In this document: piece after piece, positions 37,777 through 50,124 of the stretch
How positions within the stretch are numbered: the first letter of the stretch is position 1
How the letters are laid out: every line of letters starts with the position of its first letter
Notes under the pieces: generated by a model
The model's database searches: none
What the model was told of the DNA's origin: nothing
What the model saw: the letters and a program-made list of their open reading frames with translations, nothing else
DNA from: Squalus acanthias
Lineage: Eukaryota
Reading direction: 5' to 3'
DNA: 64,000 bases
Assembly: GCA_030390025.1 (NCBI GenBank)
Contig: CM059432.1
Location: forward strand, 55,616,001 to 55,680,000
Made by a program: the position numbers and the translations under genes

Positions 37777-38286
37777 AAGCGGCCTTCGAGACACACGACA
37801 ACGCAAAATCATCGAGCAGAAACTGATAGCCAAGTTCCGCACCCATGAGGACAGCCTCAACCGGGATCTTGGGTTCATGTCACGCTACATGACGTAGAGT
37901 CATCCAGACTCGAGTCGTCGTTGGCTTGTTCACAGATGTGATTTCCAGTTTTAAAAAAAAGTAAAAAGCTTAACCATACAGACTGCAGCATTTGACACGT
38001 TGGACCCCCTGTGACCCCACCTCATTGTCTTAGCTGTATTTTGCTGTGTCTTTGATGTAATGCCTTCCTGACTGGCCTGATTGTATCTCTGCCGAGGTGT
38101 GATGGAGGGCAGTCAGAAAGATTTACTGTAGTCGTCTGACATTGTATGCTACACATTGTTCTCTGTCTATGTATGCTTTGCTGATTTGTATTCCTTCACT
38201 TTACCTGACGAAGGAGCAGCGCTCCGAAAGCTCGTGATTTCAAATAAAACTGTTGGACTATAACCTGGTGTTGTGCAACTTCTCAT
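37777..38286 (+). mobile_element. Penelope-like element remnant (ORF C-terminus plus terminal repeat region)
   Basis: Translates GLRDTRQRKIIEQKLIAKFRTHEDSLNRDLGFMSRY, resembling the end of a PLE GIY-YIG endonuclease; downstream hammerhead and aataaa. Confidence 0.78.
38201..38237 (+). ncRNA. Minimal type I hammerhead ribozyme, core apparently intact
   Basis: ttac CTGACGA a ggagc-agc-gctcc GAAA gc TC gtga; palindromic AGCT stem III; CUC cleavage triplet. Confidence 0.8.
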
Positions 38287-40959
38287 TTATGTTAAGTGAG
38301 ATAGTGAAGAAGTCAACCCTTGGTGTCCAAAACCAGGGACTGTATACTCCAATTATCAAACTTGTAGTGCAGTGGATGTTCTTGCTTTGCCCTGGCTTAT
38401 ACTCATGTGGTTTATAAGCAGCTATCAATGACAGAACAATGTGTTAACCAGTGACAAGAGGAAAGAAAAAATCTCTACCTCCTCCTGAACACCAACTGGC
38501 AAGAGTAAAACATTTGAATGAATGAGATCATCAACTGAAAGGTACCTTTGGTAAATTAAACCTTGGCAGACAGTACAAGAACGTAAGGAATGTCATCTGA
38601 TTAAAGAGTGCTTGAGTCAGCCAGGTAACCAGCTATCATTTATCAATTGGTACAGCCCACACTCCTCTTGTTCTACCAACTAATCCGCAATGACCTTTGG
38701 AGCCTATGGTTCCTTGATCTCTTCTTGGGGTGTAATAATTGTGCAAAAATTTTGTTAAGAACTCAACCTACCACAAAATCCTCCAGACAGAAGGAACATT
38801 ATGCAGTTGCCATGTGGACCAGCCATAAGCTTACACAGCAGTTTAGGCAATAGTCAGGAACCTGGTATCTCAGGGGTTTTGACAGGCTGGCTCTGACTGT
38901 TAGCTACATCCTTTTTTTCCCAGGCAAAACTCCTTCAGGCAAAAAGACAGCCATAATTCCATCAGTGACACACCCATTATTATGGGGCCTAATTGTGGTG
39001 GACATAAGGCCCTACTGAGGAAAAATGTTGCTAGAGGCAAAGCCAATGAGCTGGAGGCCTTTTATGATCACCTTTTCAGAATGTTGGTTGACATCAGCCT
39101 TGATGAACACTTCACCATCCTCGGAATACATACACTCATGCGTGTTAATGTATACACTCACATGCGCTGCACACAAACACACACACTCTTCTAGTGGTCT
39201 GGGGATATGGATACGATTAAAGCCAGTAAGTGCTTTCACTTTGATTTTAAAAACAGACGAGTTGATGAACAGTTTTTACAGTTAATGCTGTCAATTGAAT
39301 CCTGGAGCAGACTCAATCCATTACCTACCATTTAAGGAAAAAAATATCACAGTAGTGGTGATCTTTTCAGTTTTGTACAATGAGACATTGGAAGTCTGCT
39401 AGCAATAAGGAACAGAAGTTACAATCTTCAACTTTCAACAACAAATTATATTTATTGTAAATATCTTTATCTTAATATTCAAAATTTTACATCTATGCAC
39501 CCTTCCTGTCTACAAAATCTTACTTCCCGTCGTCACATTATTGTCACATTTTTGTGGCAACCTTTTCTATTATAAATTTCCATGTCCACATTTATAATGG
39601 AAATTCCCTATGTGAAACTGTCACACTGTAATTACATCTGCCATCAGTGGAAGCACTGTAGCACTTCAGTTTTGCATCTCCCAGTTCAGCTTATAGTGCA
39701 AAGAAATTCCTGTATAATGACTAACTCAGCTTCTCTGCTTCCCAAATTGCTGTAAGTTTTGTCACAGTATTTTATAAAAATAAATCAGAGCAAAAGGTAT
39801 TATTTTAAAATGGAGATTGAATTACTTCTGCATGCCCTGGTAGAATTATACTCCACCCCCAACCCCCTTTCACCTAAAGTCTACACGTTCCTCATTCACG
39901 TGTGAAATTGACTAGATTGACTGGTAAAATAAAGTCTTGCACACACTTCCAATAAGTATCATACTTTAGTCAGTGACTCAACACACTTTAGTGTAACCTC
40001 TGATTCAATGTGAGTAATGCCATGGGAGATCTGCTAGCATATATCTATAATTGTAAATGTTTTTCATACAGTGCACACTTCCTGTAAGCATCACACTTAC
40101 TTCCTGTACCACGTCAACTATCCGACTTGATATATTATACTCTAGTGTATCTCTGGCTCACTATCAGCAATGCCACGAAGGATCTGCTAATATATATGAT
40201 CTTTCGTGGCATTGCATACAGTAAGTCAGGGAATATGGTCTCTCTCTTTCTTACCTGTCTCTGTTACCTTCATGTTGTAGTCTGATTCTCTCTCCAACTC
40301 TTATTTTTGCTTCTCTCTCTCTGTCCCCTTTTCCTTCTGTCTTTTTCTTTTCTTTCGGGTAGGAGGTGGTGGATGACATGCATGGTGTAGTAGGAAAAGG
40401 AGTTACCAAAGGCTGCAGATTGTATTGTTGGTGAAGGTTGTAGGAAATATGTCACCTTCAGCAACTCCCTTCCCCTCCCTCCCATCATGTTCCTACACCA
40501 TCACTTTCCCAATGCCCCCTCCCATTCCTACTAGCCCCTCACTCCTATCATTACCCTTTCTTTTCCTTTTCGAACTACCCTATCAACACGTATAGCCTCC
40601 TCTTTCCCTCACTCAACTGTCACTGACTTTACCCTTAACCCTCCAACTATTTTTGTTTAAACCCTTAATTGGATATTAAACATTTCAGTTACTGAGGGAA
40701 AAATTGGCAGATCATAAATTTTCAGGTTCAACGCATTCAGAAAGTATTTTGAGCGATTTGTAAGGAATAGCCATCCTTTTCCTTACTTTATTGAAGGATT
40801 CTTTATTTTTATATTTTTATTATAAATGCCTATGTTGTCCACATTTTTAATAGTAATTGCCAATGTAAGCTTGTCACACTGTAATTACACCCTTCCTCTA
40901 GTGGTGGCACTGCAGTGTCTCCACTGGGGGAGGGGGAATTACAGTGCGACAAATTTAAT

Positions 40960-41703
40960 GGGCCGAAAATTGATCCCGGGACGCGAGAGTACGCACTGCA
41001 TACTCTCGCGTATTCCCACTCCAATTGCCGGTTTTCTGCATGCCCTGCGCATGCGCTGAAAACCGGCAATTGCTCTTCCGAAAAGGGGGCGGGGCCGGAG
41101 TGCATCGCGTGCGCGCTACAGGCTGCGCGCACGCTGTGCACTTCATGCTTTGGACGCGCAGGTAAGTACTGAAGATTTTGGAAATGTAAAAAGGAGGAGT
41201 AAGACCCGCTTTTAAGAAGGTAAGTAGTGAATTAAGTATTTTTTTGAATTTTTTTTTACAGGTATATCTTTTTTATAGACTTTAAAGACAGGTAAGTTTA
41301 TTTTTATAACTTTTTAAAAGATTTTAAATTTTTTCAAAAATTTAATTTTTTATTTAAAATGGTTAATTTAATTAACTATACTTATTTTATTAATGTGATG
41401 GGTTTTTTTTTTAATTTAATTGAGGTTTAGCTGTTATTTTGGGGGGGTGTAAGATTCATAAGTCTCTCAGCCATGCTGTGAGACTTATGAATGGAAGATG
41501 GTGTGCTGCCATTGGCTCTAACTGAGTCACGTGATCCCACAGCTCGCACGAATTAACTACGCCGCTGGGATACGCAAGCCCAGCACAGCTGATGTCTGGA
41601 ACATCAATTTCGTGCGAGCTGGATCAGAAAAAGCATAAGCGAGGTGAGACATCGCGGGAAAGGCTTACCCCCGCGGGAACAGAGCGAGATCAATTTCTGG
41701 GCC
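40960..41703. mobile_element. Harbinger-type MITE
   Basis: TIRs gggccgaaaattgatc / gatcaatttctgggcc; GC-rich ends and AT-rich core. Confidence 0.85.
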
Positions 41704-41779
41704 ATTATATCATAGATAAATATATATAAACATGCACAAAAATAAAAACAAACAGCAGCACGTTAAAAATTGTATTCTC

Positions 41780-42152
41780 ATCTCCCCCAGTGGCTCAGTA
41801 AGTTTATCTGCTGGTAGCTGAACCATACAAATCAAAAAGGCTCCAGATTCAATTCCCGAGTCTCTGCTGAATTCACTGATCGTGGAAGGGGCCCTACAAT
41901 TGGTCTCAGCACTCCTAGTTTAGGGAGGGGATAATCATTAGGGCTCCCACTTCGCCATCAGAATTGTAATCCAGGAACCTCTGCCAGAAGTGAATGTGTG
42001 TGTACACTAAACTTTCCATAGTCTGCAACACTCACCAAGGCCGACTTGTGTTACTGGAAAGCGCCCAGTACACATGGAGCCATGCCCAGCAACAGTAACT
42101 TATACTTCCTTCCAATGCCTATCAAGAAAAGAGGAACAGAAGAGAAAAATTG
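41780..42152 (+). mobile_element. Degenerate tRNA-headed SINE (same family as 8480-8905)
   Basis: agtggctcagt...ccatac...gattcaattccc...ctgctgaattcactgatc and gaaaaattg end. Confidence 0.5.
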
Positions 42153-43635
42153 CTGACAATTTTTTTTTAAAGGGGTAATCTAATCTAAAACTTCAGATAA
42201 TGCTTAGAAATCACTCTTGTTGCTTTCTCACCATATATCTCATCTGATTAGATTATAGCCTTCCAAGTCACTCCTAGGTCTCCATTATTCTATATATAGT
42301 GTGATTAACCTACAAGTCTATATTATGGTTAAGACAGACTGCTCTTCAGATTTGTGCTTGCATGGCTATCTTTATTGTTTTGTTTAAGTAGTAGATTTCA
42401 CAACTGTACAGAATTTTGTGAATGAAAATGGCTGGATTTCAATCTCACTTCAGTAAATTGGGAAAAAATGATCAGCCCAAAAGATCTACCATCCAAAATT
42501 ATTTGCATGATCAGAACTAACCAGTGAAATGGTAAAATGTGACCTTTTCAGGGTAAACTTTGATCATATATATTGAAAAAGTCAACATTAAACTGGAGAA
42601 ACACACAAATTTACCAGTTAGAACAGTTTAAGGCCTAGAAATTCGAGGTCTTACCACTGGTCGTTAAGGCCCGTTTTCGGGGGGGGGAAAAAGGCGGGCG
42701 CTGCACTTCCGCCCGCTGCCAGTGGGTCCCGTGGCGACCACCATTTTCGGCAGGTCGGCAGTGCTGCCGTTGTCTGCACTCGCCAAAGTATTGCAATTAG
42801 TCAGAGCGTGACGTCAATCAGCGAGCAACGCCAAGTTGACGCCCGCTCATCCATTTTGGATATTGCCACTCCTCTTGCTGCCCTCTCCAAAGCACGCCCA
42901 TGTGCGCAGCCGCTAAAACGCTTGAGCAGCGGTAACAGCCATGAGGGCCCTTCCACTGACAAATGTAAGTCAGCCAGGCCTCTCCACGTAGCAGTGTTTA
43001 TTATTCACAAGCCTAGGTCTTGAGAGGTAACCCTTGAGATTTGTAGGCAAAGTTTAATTTTTTTTCCAGTGGTTTGCCTTATTTGAACTATCCTGCCTGA
43101 GATTGTAATACTGAATGGAACAAATGGGAAGATACAGAATATTGCAAGTGATTACTTCTGAGTGACTATAAGAGTAAGCTTGAGGTTTGGATTAGGAATC
43201 ACCTATGAATGTTCAGTGTTTCGATCTCTGAAATCTGAAATGTGAATTCAAATTGTTTAAGTTATCAGATATGAGTAAGCTGTCCTCATCATGGAATAGT
43301 GAAAAGCCCTCAGTTGTCAGATACGCCTAAACCAGTGACTAAAGTGACCTCAGACATTATGACAACAGTATAATGGTTTCAAAAACTAAAAAGCACTGGA
43401 TTTGATCATTTCTGTCCGATCCATTTTTCTTCATTCCACATGAAAATTTAAACAAGCATTTAAAATCAAGCCCTTGGCTTAGTCTCTATTCCTTTAGCAT
43501 GAGATGTGTGGATAAAGTGATTGGGGAAGAGTCCTTGAAAGCATTAAATGATCCTTCTTGGCTCAACGTCAAAAAATAATCAACTGTGGTCCCTTTCAAA
43601 ATACCAGTGCTGCCTGCACTCTCTCGGCGGGCAGG

Positions 43636-44184
43636 GGTGGTTCTGCTGCACAGGACGGGAGGAAAAAGAGGGGTAGAGCTATAGTGATAGGGGATTCTAT
43701 TGTAAGGGGAATAGATAGGCGTTTCTGTGGCCGCAAACGAGACTCCAGGATGGTGTGTTGCCTCCCTGGTGCAAGGGTCAAGGATGTCTCAGAGCGGCTG
43801 CAAAACATTTTGGAAGGGGAGGGTGAACAGCCAGTTGTCGTGGTGCATATAGGTACCAACGATATAGGTAAAAAACGGGATGAGGTCCTAAAAGCTGAAT
43901 ATAGGGAGTCAGGAGATAAATAAAAAAGTAGGACCTCAAAGGTAGTAATCTCAGGATTGCTACCAGTGCCACGTGCCAGTCAGAGTAGAAATAGAAGGCT
44001 ATTTCAGATGAATACGTGGCTAGAGGAATGGTGCAAGGGGGAGGGATTCAAATTCCTGGGACATTGGAACCTGTTCTGGGGGAGGTGGGACCAGTACAAA
44101 TCGGACGGTTTGCACCTTGGCAGGACCGGGACCGATGTCCTTGGGGGAGTGTTTGCTAGTGCTCTGGGGGAGGGTTTAAACTAA
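43636..44184 (+). pseudogene. CR1 ORF1 SGNH/GDSL esterase domain, one in-frame stop (43921)
   Basis: IVIGDSIVR, LPGA, HIGTNDI and DGLHL blocks; ORFs 43558 and 43957 share a frame. Confidence 0.9.
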
Positions 44185-44306
44185 AATGGCAGGGGGTTGG
44201 GAACCTGAACAGGGAGACAGAGGAAAGGGAAACAAGAATAGAAGCAAAAGTCAGGAAGGAAAAAAACAAAGGTGTCAGTCAGAGAAATCAAGGGTTTAAA
44301 TCAAAC

Positions 44307-47168
44307 GTGGCCACAGTAAAAAAAAATTCTAAAAGGTCTAAGAGCGTTAAAAAAACAAGCCTGAAGGCTTTGTGTCTTAATGCGAGGAGCATTCGTAATA
44401 AGGTGGATGAATTAGCTGCGCAAATAGAGGTAAACGAATATGATATGATTGGGATTACGGAAACATGGCTCCAGGGTGACCAAGGCTGGGAACTCAACAT
44501 ACAGGGGTATTCAATATTCAGGAAAGATAGGCAAAAAGGAAAAGGAGGTGGGGTAGCATTGCTGGTTAAAGAGGGGATTAACACAATTGTAAGGAAGGAT
44601 ATTAGCTCTGATGATGTGGAATCTGTATGGGTAGAACTGAGAAATACCAAGGGGCTGAAAACGCTAGTGGGAGTGGTGTATAGACCCCCAAACAGTAATA
44701 CGGAGGTTGGGGATGGCATTAAAAGGGAAATTAGAGAAGCGTGCAATAAGAGCACAGCAGTTATCATGGGCGACTTTAATCTACATATAGATTGGACTAA
44801 CCAAATTAGTAACAATACTGTGGAGGAGGAATTCCTGGAGTGTATACGGGATGGTTTCCTGGACCAATATGTCGAGGAACCAACCAGAGATCAGGCCATC
44901 TTAGACTGGGTATTATGTAATGAGAAAGGATTAATTAGCAATCTTGTTGTGCGAGGCCCCTTGGGTCGGAGCGATCATAATATGATCAAATTCTTCATTA
45001 AGATGGAGAGTGAAGTAGTTGACTCAGAGACTAGGGTCCTGAATTTAAATAAAGGAAACTACGATGGTATGAGGCGCGAGTTGGGTAGGATTGATTGGGG
45101 AATGTCACTCAAAGGGTTGACGGTGGAGAGGCAATGGCAAGCATTCAAAGATCGCATGAATGAACTACAGAATTTGTTCATCCCAGTTTGGCATAAAAAT
45201 AAAACAACAAAGGTGACTCAACCGTGGCTAACAAAGGAAATTAGGGATAGCATAAGATCCAAGGAAAGGACATATAAATTGGCCAGAAAAAGCAGAAAAC
45301 CTGAGGATTGGGAGCAGTATAGGATTCAGCAAAGAAGGACAAAGGGATTAATTAAGAGGGGGAAAATAGAGTATGAGAGTAAGCTTGCGAGGAACATAAA
45401 AACTGACTGTAAAAGCTTTTATAGATATGTGAAGAGAAAAAGATTGGTGAAGTCAAGCGTAGGTCCCTTGCAGTCAGAATCAGGGGAATTTATAATGGGG
45501 AACAAAGAAATGGCAGACCAATTAAATACATACTTTGGTTCTGTCTTCACAAAGGAGGACACAAATAACCTCCCAGAGATGTCGGGGAACATAGGGTCTA
45601 ATGAGAAGGAGGAACTGAAAGAAATCAGTATTTGTAGGGAAATAGTGTGAGGGAAATTGACGGGATTGAAGGCCGATAAATCCCCAGGGCCTGATAATCT
45701 ACATCCTAGGGTACTTAAGGAAGTGGCCCTAGAAATAGTAGATGCATTGCTGGTCATCTTCCAAAATTCTATAGACTCTGGAACAGTACCCATGGATTGG
45801 AGGGTAGCTAATGTTACCCCACTATTCAAAAAAGGTGGTAGAGAGAAAACGGGGAATTATAGACCAGTAAGCCTGACATCGGTAGTGGGGAAAATGCTAG
45901 AGTCCATTATAAAAGATGTAATAGCAGAGCACTTGGAAAACAGTGACAGGATCGGACAAAGTCAACATGGATTTACAAAAGGCAAATCGTGCTTGACTAA
46001 TCTACTGGAATTTTTTGAGGATGTAACTGGTAAAATGGATAAGGGAGAACCAGTGGATGTGGTGTATTTGGACTTTCAGAAGGCTTTCGATAAGGTCCCG
46101 CATAAGAGATTAGCGTGTAAAGTTAAGGCACATGGGATTGGGGGCAAGGTATTGACTTGGATAGAGAACTGGTTGGCAGACAGAAAGCAAAGAGTTGGAA
46201 TAAATGGGTCTTTTTCCGAGTGGCAGGCGGTGACTAGTGGGGTACCGCAGGGATCGGTCCTAGGACCCCAGCTATTCACAATATATATTAATGATCTGGA
46301 CGATGGAATTGGATGTAATATCTCCAAGTTTGCAGACGACACAAAGCTGGGTGGGAGTGTGTGCCGTGAGGAGGATGCCGAGAAACTCCAGTATGATTTG
46401 GACAGGTTGGGTGATTGGGCAGAAGCATGGCAGATGCAATATAATATGGATAAATGTGAGGTTATCCACTTTGGTGTCAAAAACAGGAAGGCAGATTATT
46501 ATCTGAATGGCAATAGATTGGGAGAAGGGGAAGTGCAACGAGACCTGGGTGTCCTTGTGCACCAATCGCTGAAGGTAAGCATGCAGGTGCAGCAGGCGGT
46601 TAAGAAGGCAAATGGTATGTTGGCCTTCGTAGCGAAAGGGTTCGAGTACAGGAACAAGGATGTCTTGCTGCAGTTGTACAGGGCCTTGGTGAGACCACAT
46701 CTTGAGTATTGTGTGCAGTTTTGGTCGCCTTATCTGAGGAAGGATGTTCTTGCCATGGAGGGAGTGCAGCGAAGATTCACCAGGCTGATACCCGGGATGG
46801 CAGGAATGGCGTATGAGGAGAGATTGGGTCGATTGGGCTTATACTCACTGGAGTTTAGAAGAATGAGAGGGGATCTCATTGAAACTTATAAAATTCTAAC
46901 AGGACTAGACAGACTAGATGCAGGAAGGATGTTCCCGATGGCCGGGGAGTCCAGAACCAGGGGTCACAGTCTAAGGATAAGGGGTAAGCCATTTAGGACT
47001 GAGATGAGGAGGAATTTCTTCACCCAGAGAGTGGTGAACCTGTGGAATTCTCTACCACAGAAGGCAGTAGAGGCCAATTCATTAAATATATTCAAGAAGG
47101 AGTTAGATATATTTCTTAAAACTAAAGGGATCAAGGGATATGGAGAGAAGGCAGGGACAGGGTACTGA
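44307..47168 (+). pseudogene. CR1 ORF2 endonuclease-reverse transcriptase, one in-frame stop (45648-45650)
   Basis: LNARS, GITETW, VYRPP, MGDFN, SDH (APE); YLDFQKAFD, GVPQGS, FADD (RT); the two ORFs are in the same frame. Confidence 0.96.
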
Positions 47169-50124
47169 ATTTGGATGATCAGCCATGATCTCATTGAATG
47201 GCGGAGCAGGCTCGAGGGGCTGAATGGCCTACTCCTGCTCCTATCTTCTATGTTTCTATGTTTCTATTAGCCTTGGCCGGTGCTGTTACTGGCAGGTTTC
47301 CAGCATACTGCAATTTCTAGGCCGAAGATTTTAAAGAACACATGAATTTACACAGAGTTTTCAACTATCTTAATCTGAATGATGACTAGTAATGATCGGA
47401 CATGGGTAGAATAGTGACAGGAACTTACACTTCCTTCCAATGTCCGTTAATAAAAGAGAAAGCATTATCATTTGTCATTGGTTTGTGCAACATTACCTGA
47501 TAAACCTGGGATTGAGGATCATTTTCATTATTTTAAACTTCTGATTGACTTTACCAGGTTTCCAAGAGAAATGAAAAGATTGTACCCCATATGCAATAAA
47601 AAACATTTAAAAGATGATAATATCATGGCCCAAATGTGGTACATCAACCAATAAGACAGAAAAGTGCAGAGTATCCAGATATAAGAAACATATCCTCAAG
47701 TTAATCAGTGTCTCTGATGATAAGGTATCTATTTTCTACTACAAATGTGAGAATTATGATATATAAGCCAGTTGGCAATAATCTGAATCAACCGACTGAT
47801 AACAGTTTATTTTTCACATCCAACATCTGTCATTCACTTTTCTTCCAGCACCCATCCCCCCCATCAAGAATACCTTGGCAACCTCATAGATTTCAAATAC
47901 AGTTACTCTCTTTACCCTTAATATACCTCCAGTCAACTTCCGTGCATTTGCTTCATTTTGCACAAGTACCATTTTATCAGCACTTTACAGCTTCACCATG
48001 AGTTTCAACTCCTGATTTCATTTTGCTCTTTGTTCACACATATACACACACAGACTCACACTACCATCTCCTTGTCATTTATATTTCCACCATTTGCTTG
48101 AAGCAACAGCTCACTTGGGAGTCATTCATCTTGTAATACACACACTGAAGTGACAGATGCTCTGAGGGGGGACCACACTGCTGGGTGAACAAAAGCTAAC
48201 GTCACCTCCAGGAAATTCAAAGCACTTCAACTTCAAGAGAAGGCATAAGGGCCAAAACGTTCATCCCAGTTGTATACTATAGTGTCCCATGCAAAGATGT
48301 TATTTAATAATGAGAATACAGTAGCAATCAAACTACCAAAACTCCCACTGATAAAACATACACACACAGACACACATGAAGAAAAATTGGAAAATAAAGA
48401 ACAAAGAAAGTAAAGTCAAACAAAAAATAAAAAATGAGTACAATGGAAGAGCACATTTAAAAGGAACGAGAAAGAAAACAGAAGAAAAAAATAAAATGTC
48501 ATAAACAAAAGTGGAATCAAATTGGGTGATGTCTTGGACAAAGGTCTGAAGCAGGTCTCTTTCAAAATTGGGAGAAAATAGAGAGGGTAAAATAACCTCA
48601 AAAAGTGTAAAAGAATAAATCAACTCTCTGAATAAGGATTTTTCCAACTTTCAAGATATACATTTTCACATAAACCCAGATTTTCCGATAAGGCATGATC
48701 CCAAGTGAAAATGGGATGGAGTGCGAACTGCAGTCGCCCAACATAATGAACTGAATATTTGGGATGAGCTCCAGGCATCAAAAGCACCTCTAATTGGGAG
48801 CTCACGAGTCACATTTGGGAAAAGGTTCAATTTCCACCCAAAGAGGGCACGAAGTCAGCGGAGCAGCCGTACCATCCACCTGAAGCCAGCGAGCTGCAGT
48901 GGTCAAACGGGTGCTCCGCTGCAGCTTGCTTGGTTGTGGGAGGGCGAGAAATCGCCCTGTTCCTTTGCTGAGCCAGTCAGCAGGTCAGACCTGGGGGCGG
49001 GGTGGGGCAGACAATCCCAAAGGGGGATGTGCATGGACTAGCAGTGGGCCGCACTATTCTTGTGGAGGCAGGAGGAGCACACCTTCTCCTCCTCTTGGCC
49101 CCACAAAGGTAAAAGAATAAAAAGTTTGAGGCCCTTTATGAAGCAACCACTGCGGTTCCTTTAAGGATCGCTGGTTAGGTCGCTCATCGCCTAGTATAAA
49201 TGGACAGAGCATGTACTATAAAATTACAATATGGCTCTGACACGGTGTAGACAAAAATTCTAAAGCAGGAAGTCCAAGTGCCGGTTATGTGTCATTAGTC
49301 TATCAATAACTTTGGTACTATTCACTGCAGAACATTTATATCGGTTTAACTGGTCAAATTACAGACCTGATATTCTCTAGATGAACATCCGTTATTTTTG
49401 TGTTCTATGAATGGATCTAAGGCACGTTGTTTTGAAATAAGGAGTGGTCCGATAAAAAAAAATTACAGAAATTTCGGTGGTGTTTGAACACCCCGCTGCC
49501 TACGTCACTGGCTGGTGGGTTACAAGCTGGTCTCACAACGCATGCATGCTTGCGTGTCTGTATTCTTAAAGTCATCATTGAGTGCAACAGCAGTGCATGC
49601 ACTGGTGGTGTACGTGCCATTGTTATAGTTATTAGCAATAACTTGGCTCGAAGTAAGAATCTAGACTTAAAAAACAGCCACTGTACTTGTAGGTTAAAAC
49701 TTGCAAATCAAAATCAGCCTCCATTTAAAATTTGAAAAACTGGCCAGCTGGCAATGTTGAGAAAACACCAGTCTGGGAAAAAAATCTGGGAACTTCTTGT
49801 ATAGTTATCTAGTTTAGCTATAATTTAGGCATGTGATTTCTGTGCATAAATGTTACTGTAGTTCTCCAAAGATTTAAGCATGGTAGCTTATGCAGTTGAG
49901 TACTGAAGTCTCAACCGACTTAGCCACCTCATTCCCCTCCTCCATCGCAGACAACCTTCAGGTCCATCTTTTACTTCGCTCTGCCCCACATCATTCTACA
50001 GACTTACGTCTAGAAATTCGTCTCGGGAAGCAGCACAAAACAGGCGGTATCGGATTGGCTGCCCGTTGTACGCAGCCCGATATTCAGCTCCATTGACTGC
50101 AATGAGTTTCTAACCCTCTGTCCC

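Larger units (their letters stand above)
43636..47266 (+). mobile_element. Young CR1 LINE (HER1-like), 5'-truncated within ORF1
   Basis: Esterase ORF1, APE-RT ORF2, 3'UTR hairpin gagcagg...cctgctc and (ttctatgt)n tail. Confidence 0.96.
42632..47323. mobile_element. Harbinger-type non-autonomous element (~1.05 kb) containing a nested CR1
   Basis: TIRs ggcctagaaatt (42632) / aatttctaggcc (47312-47323). Confidence 0.8.
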
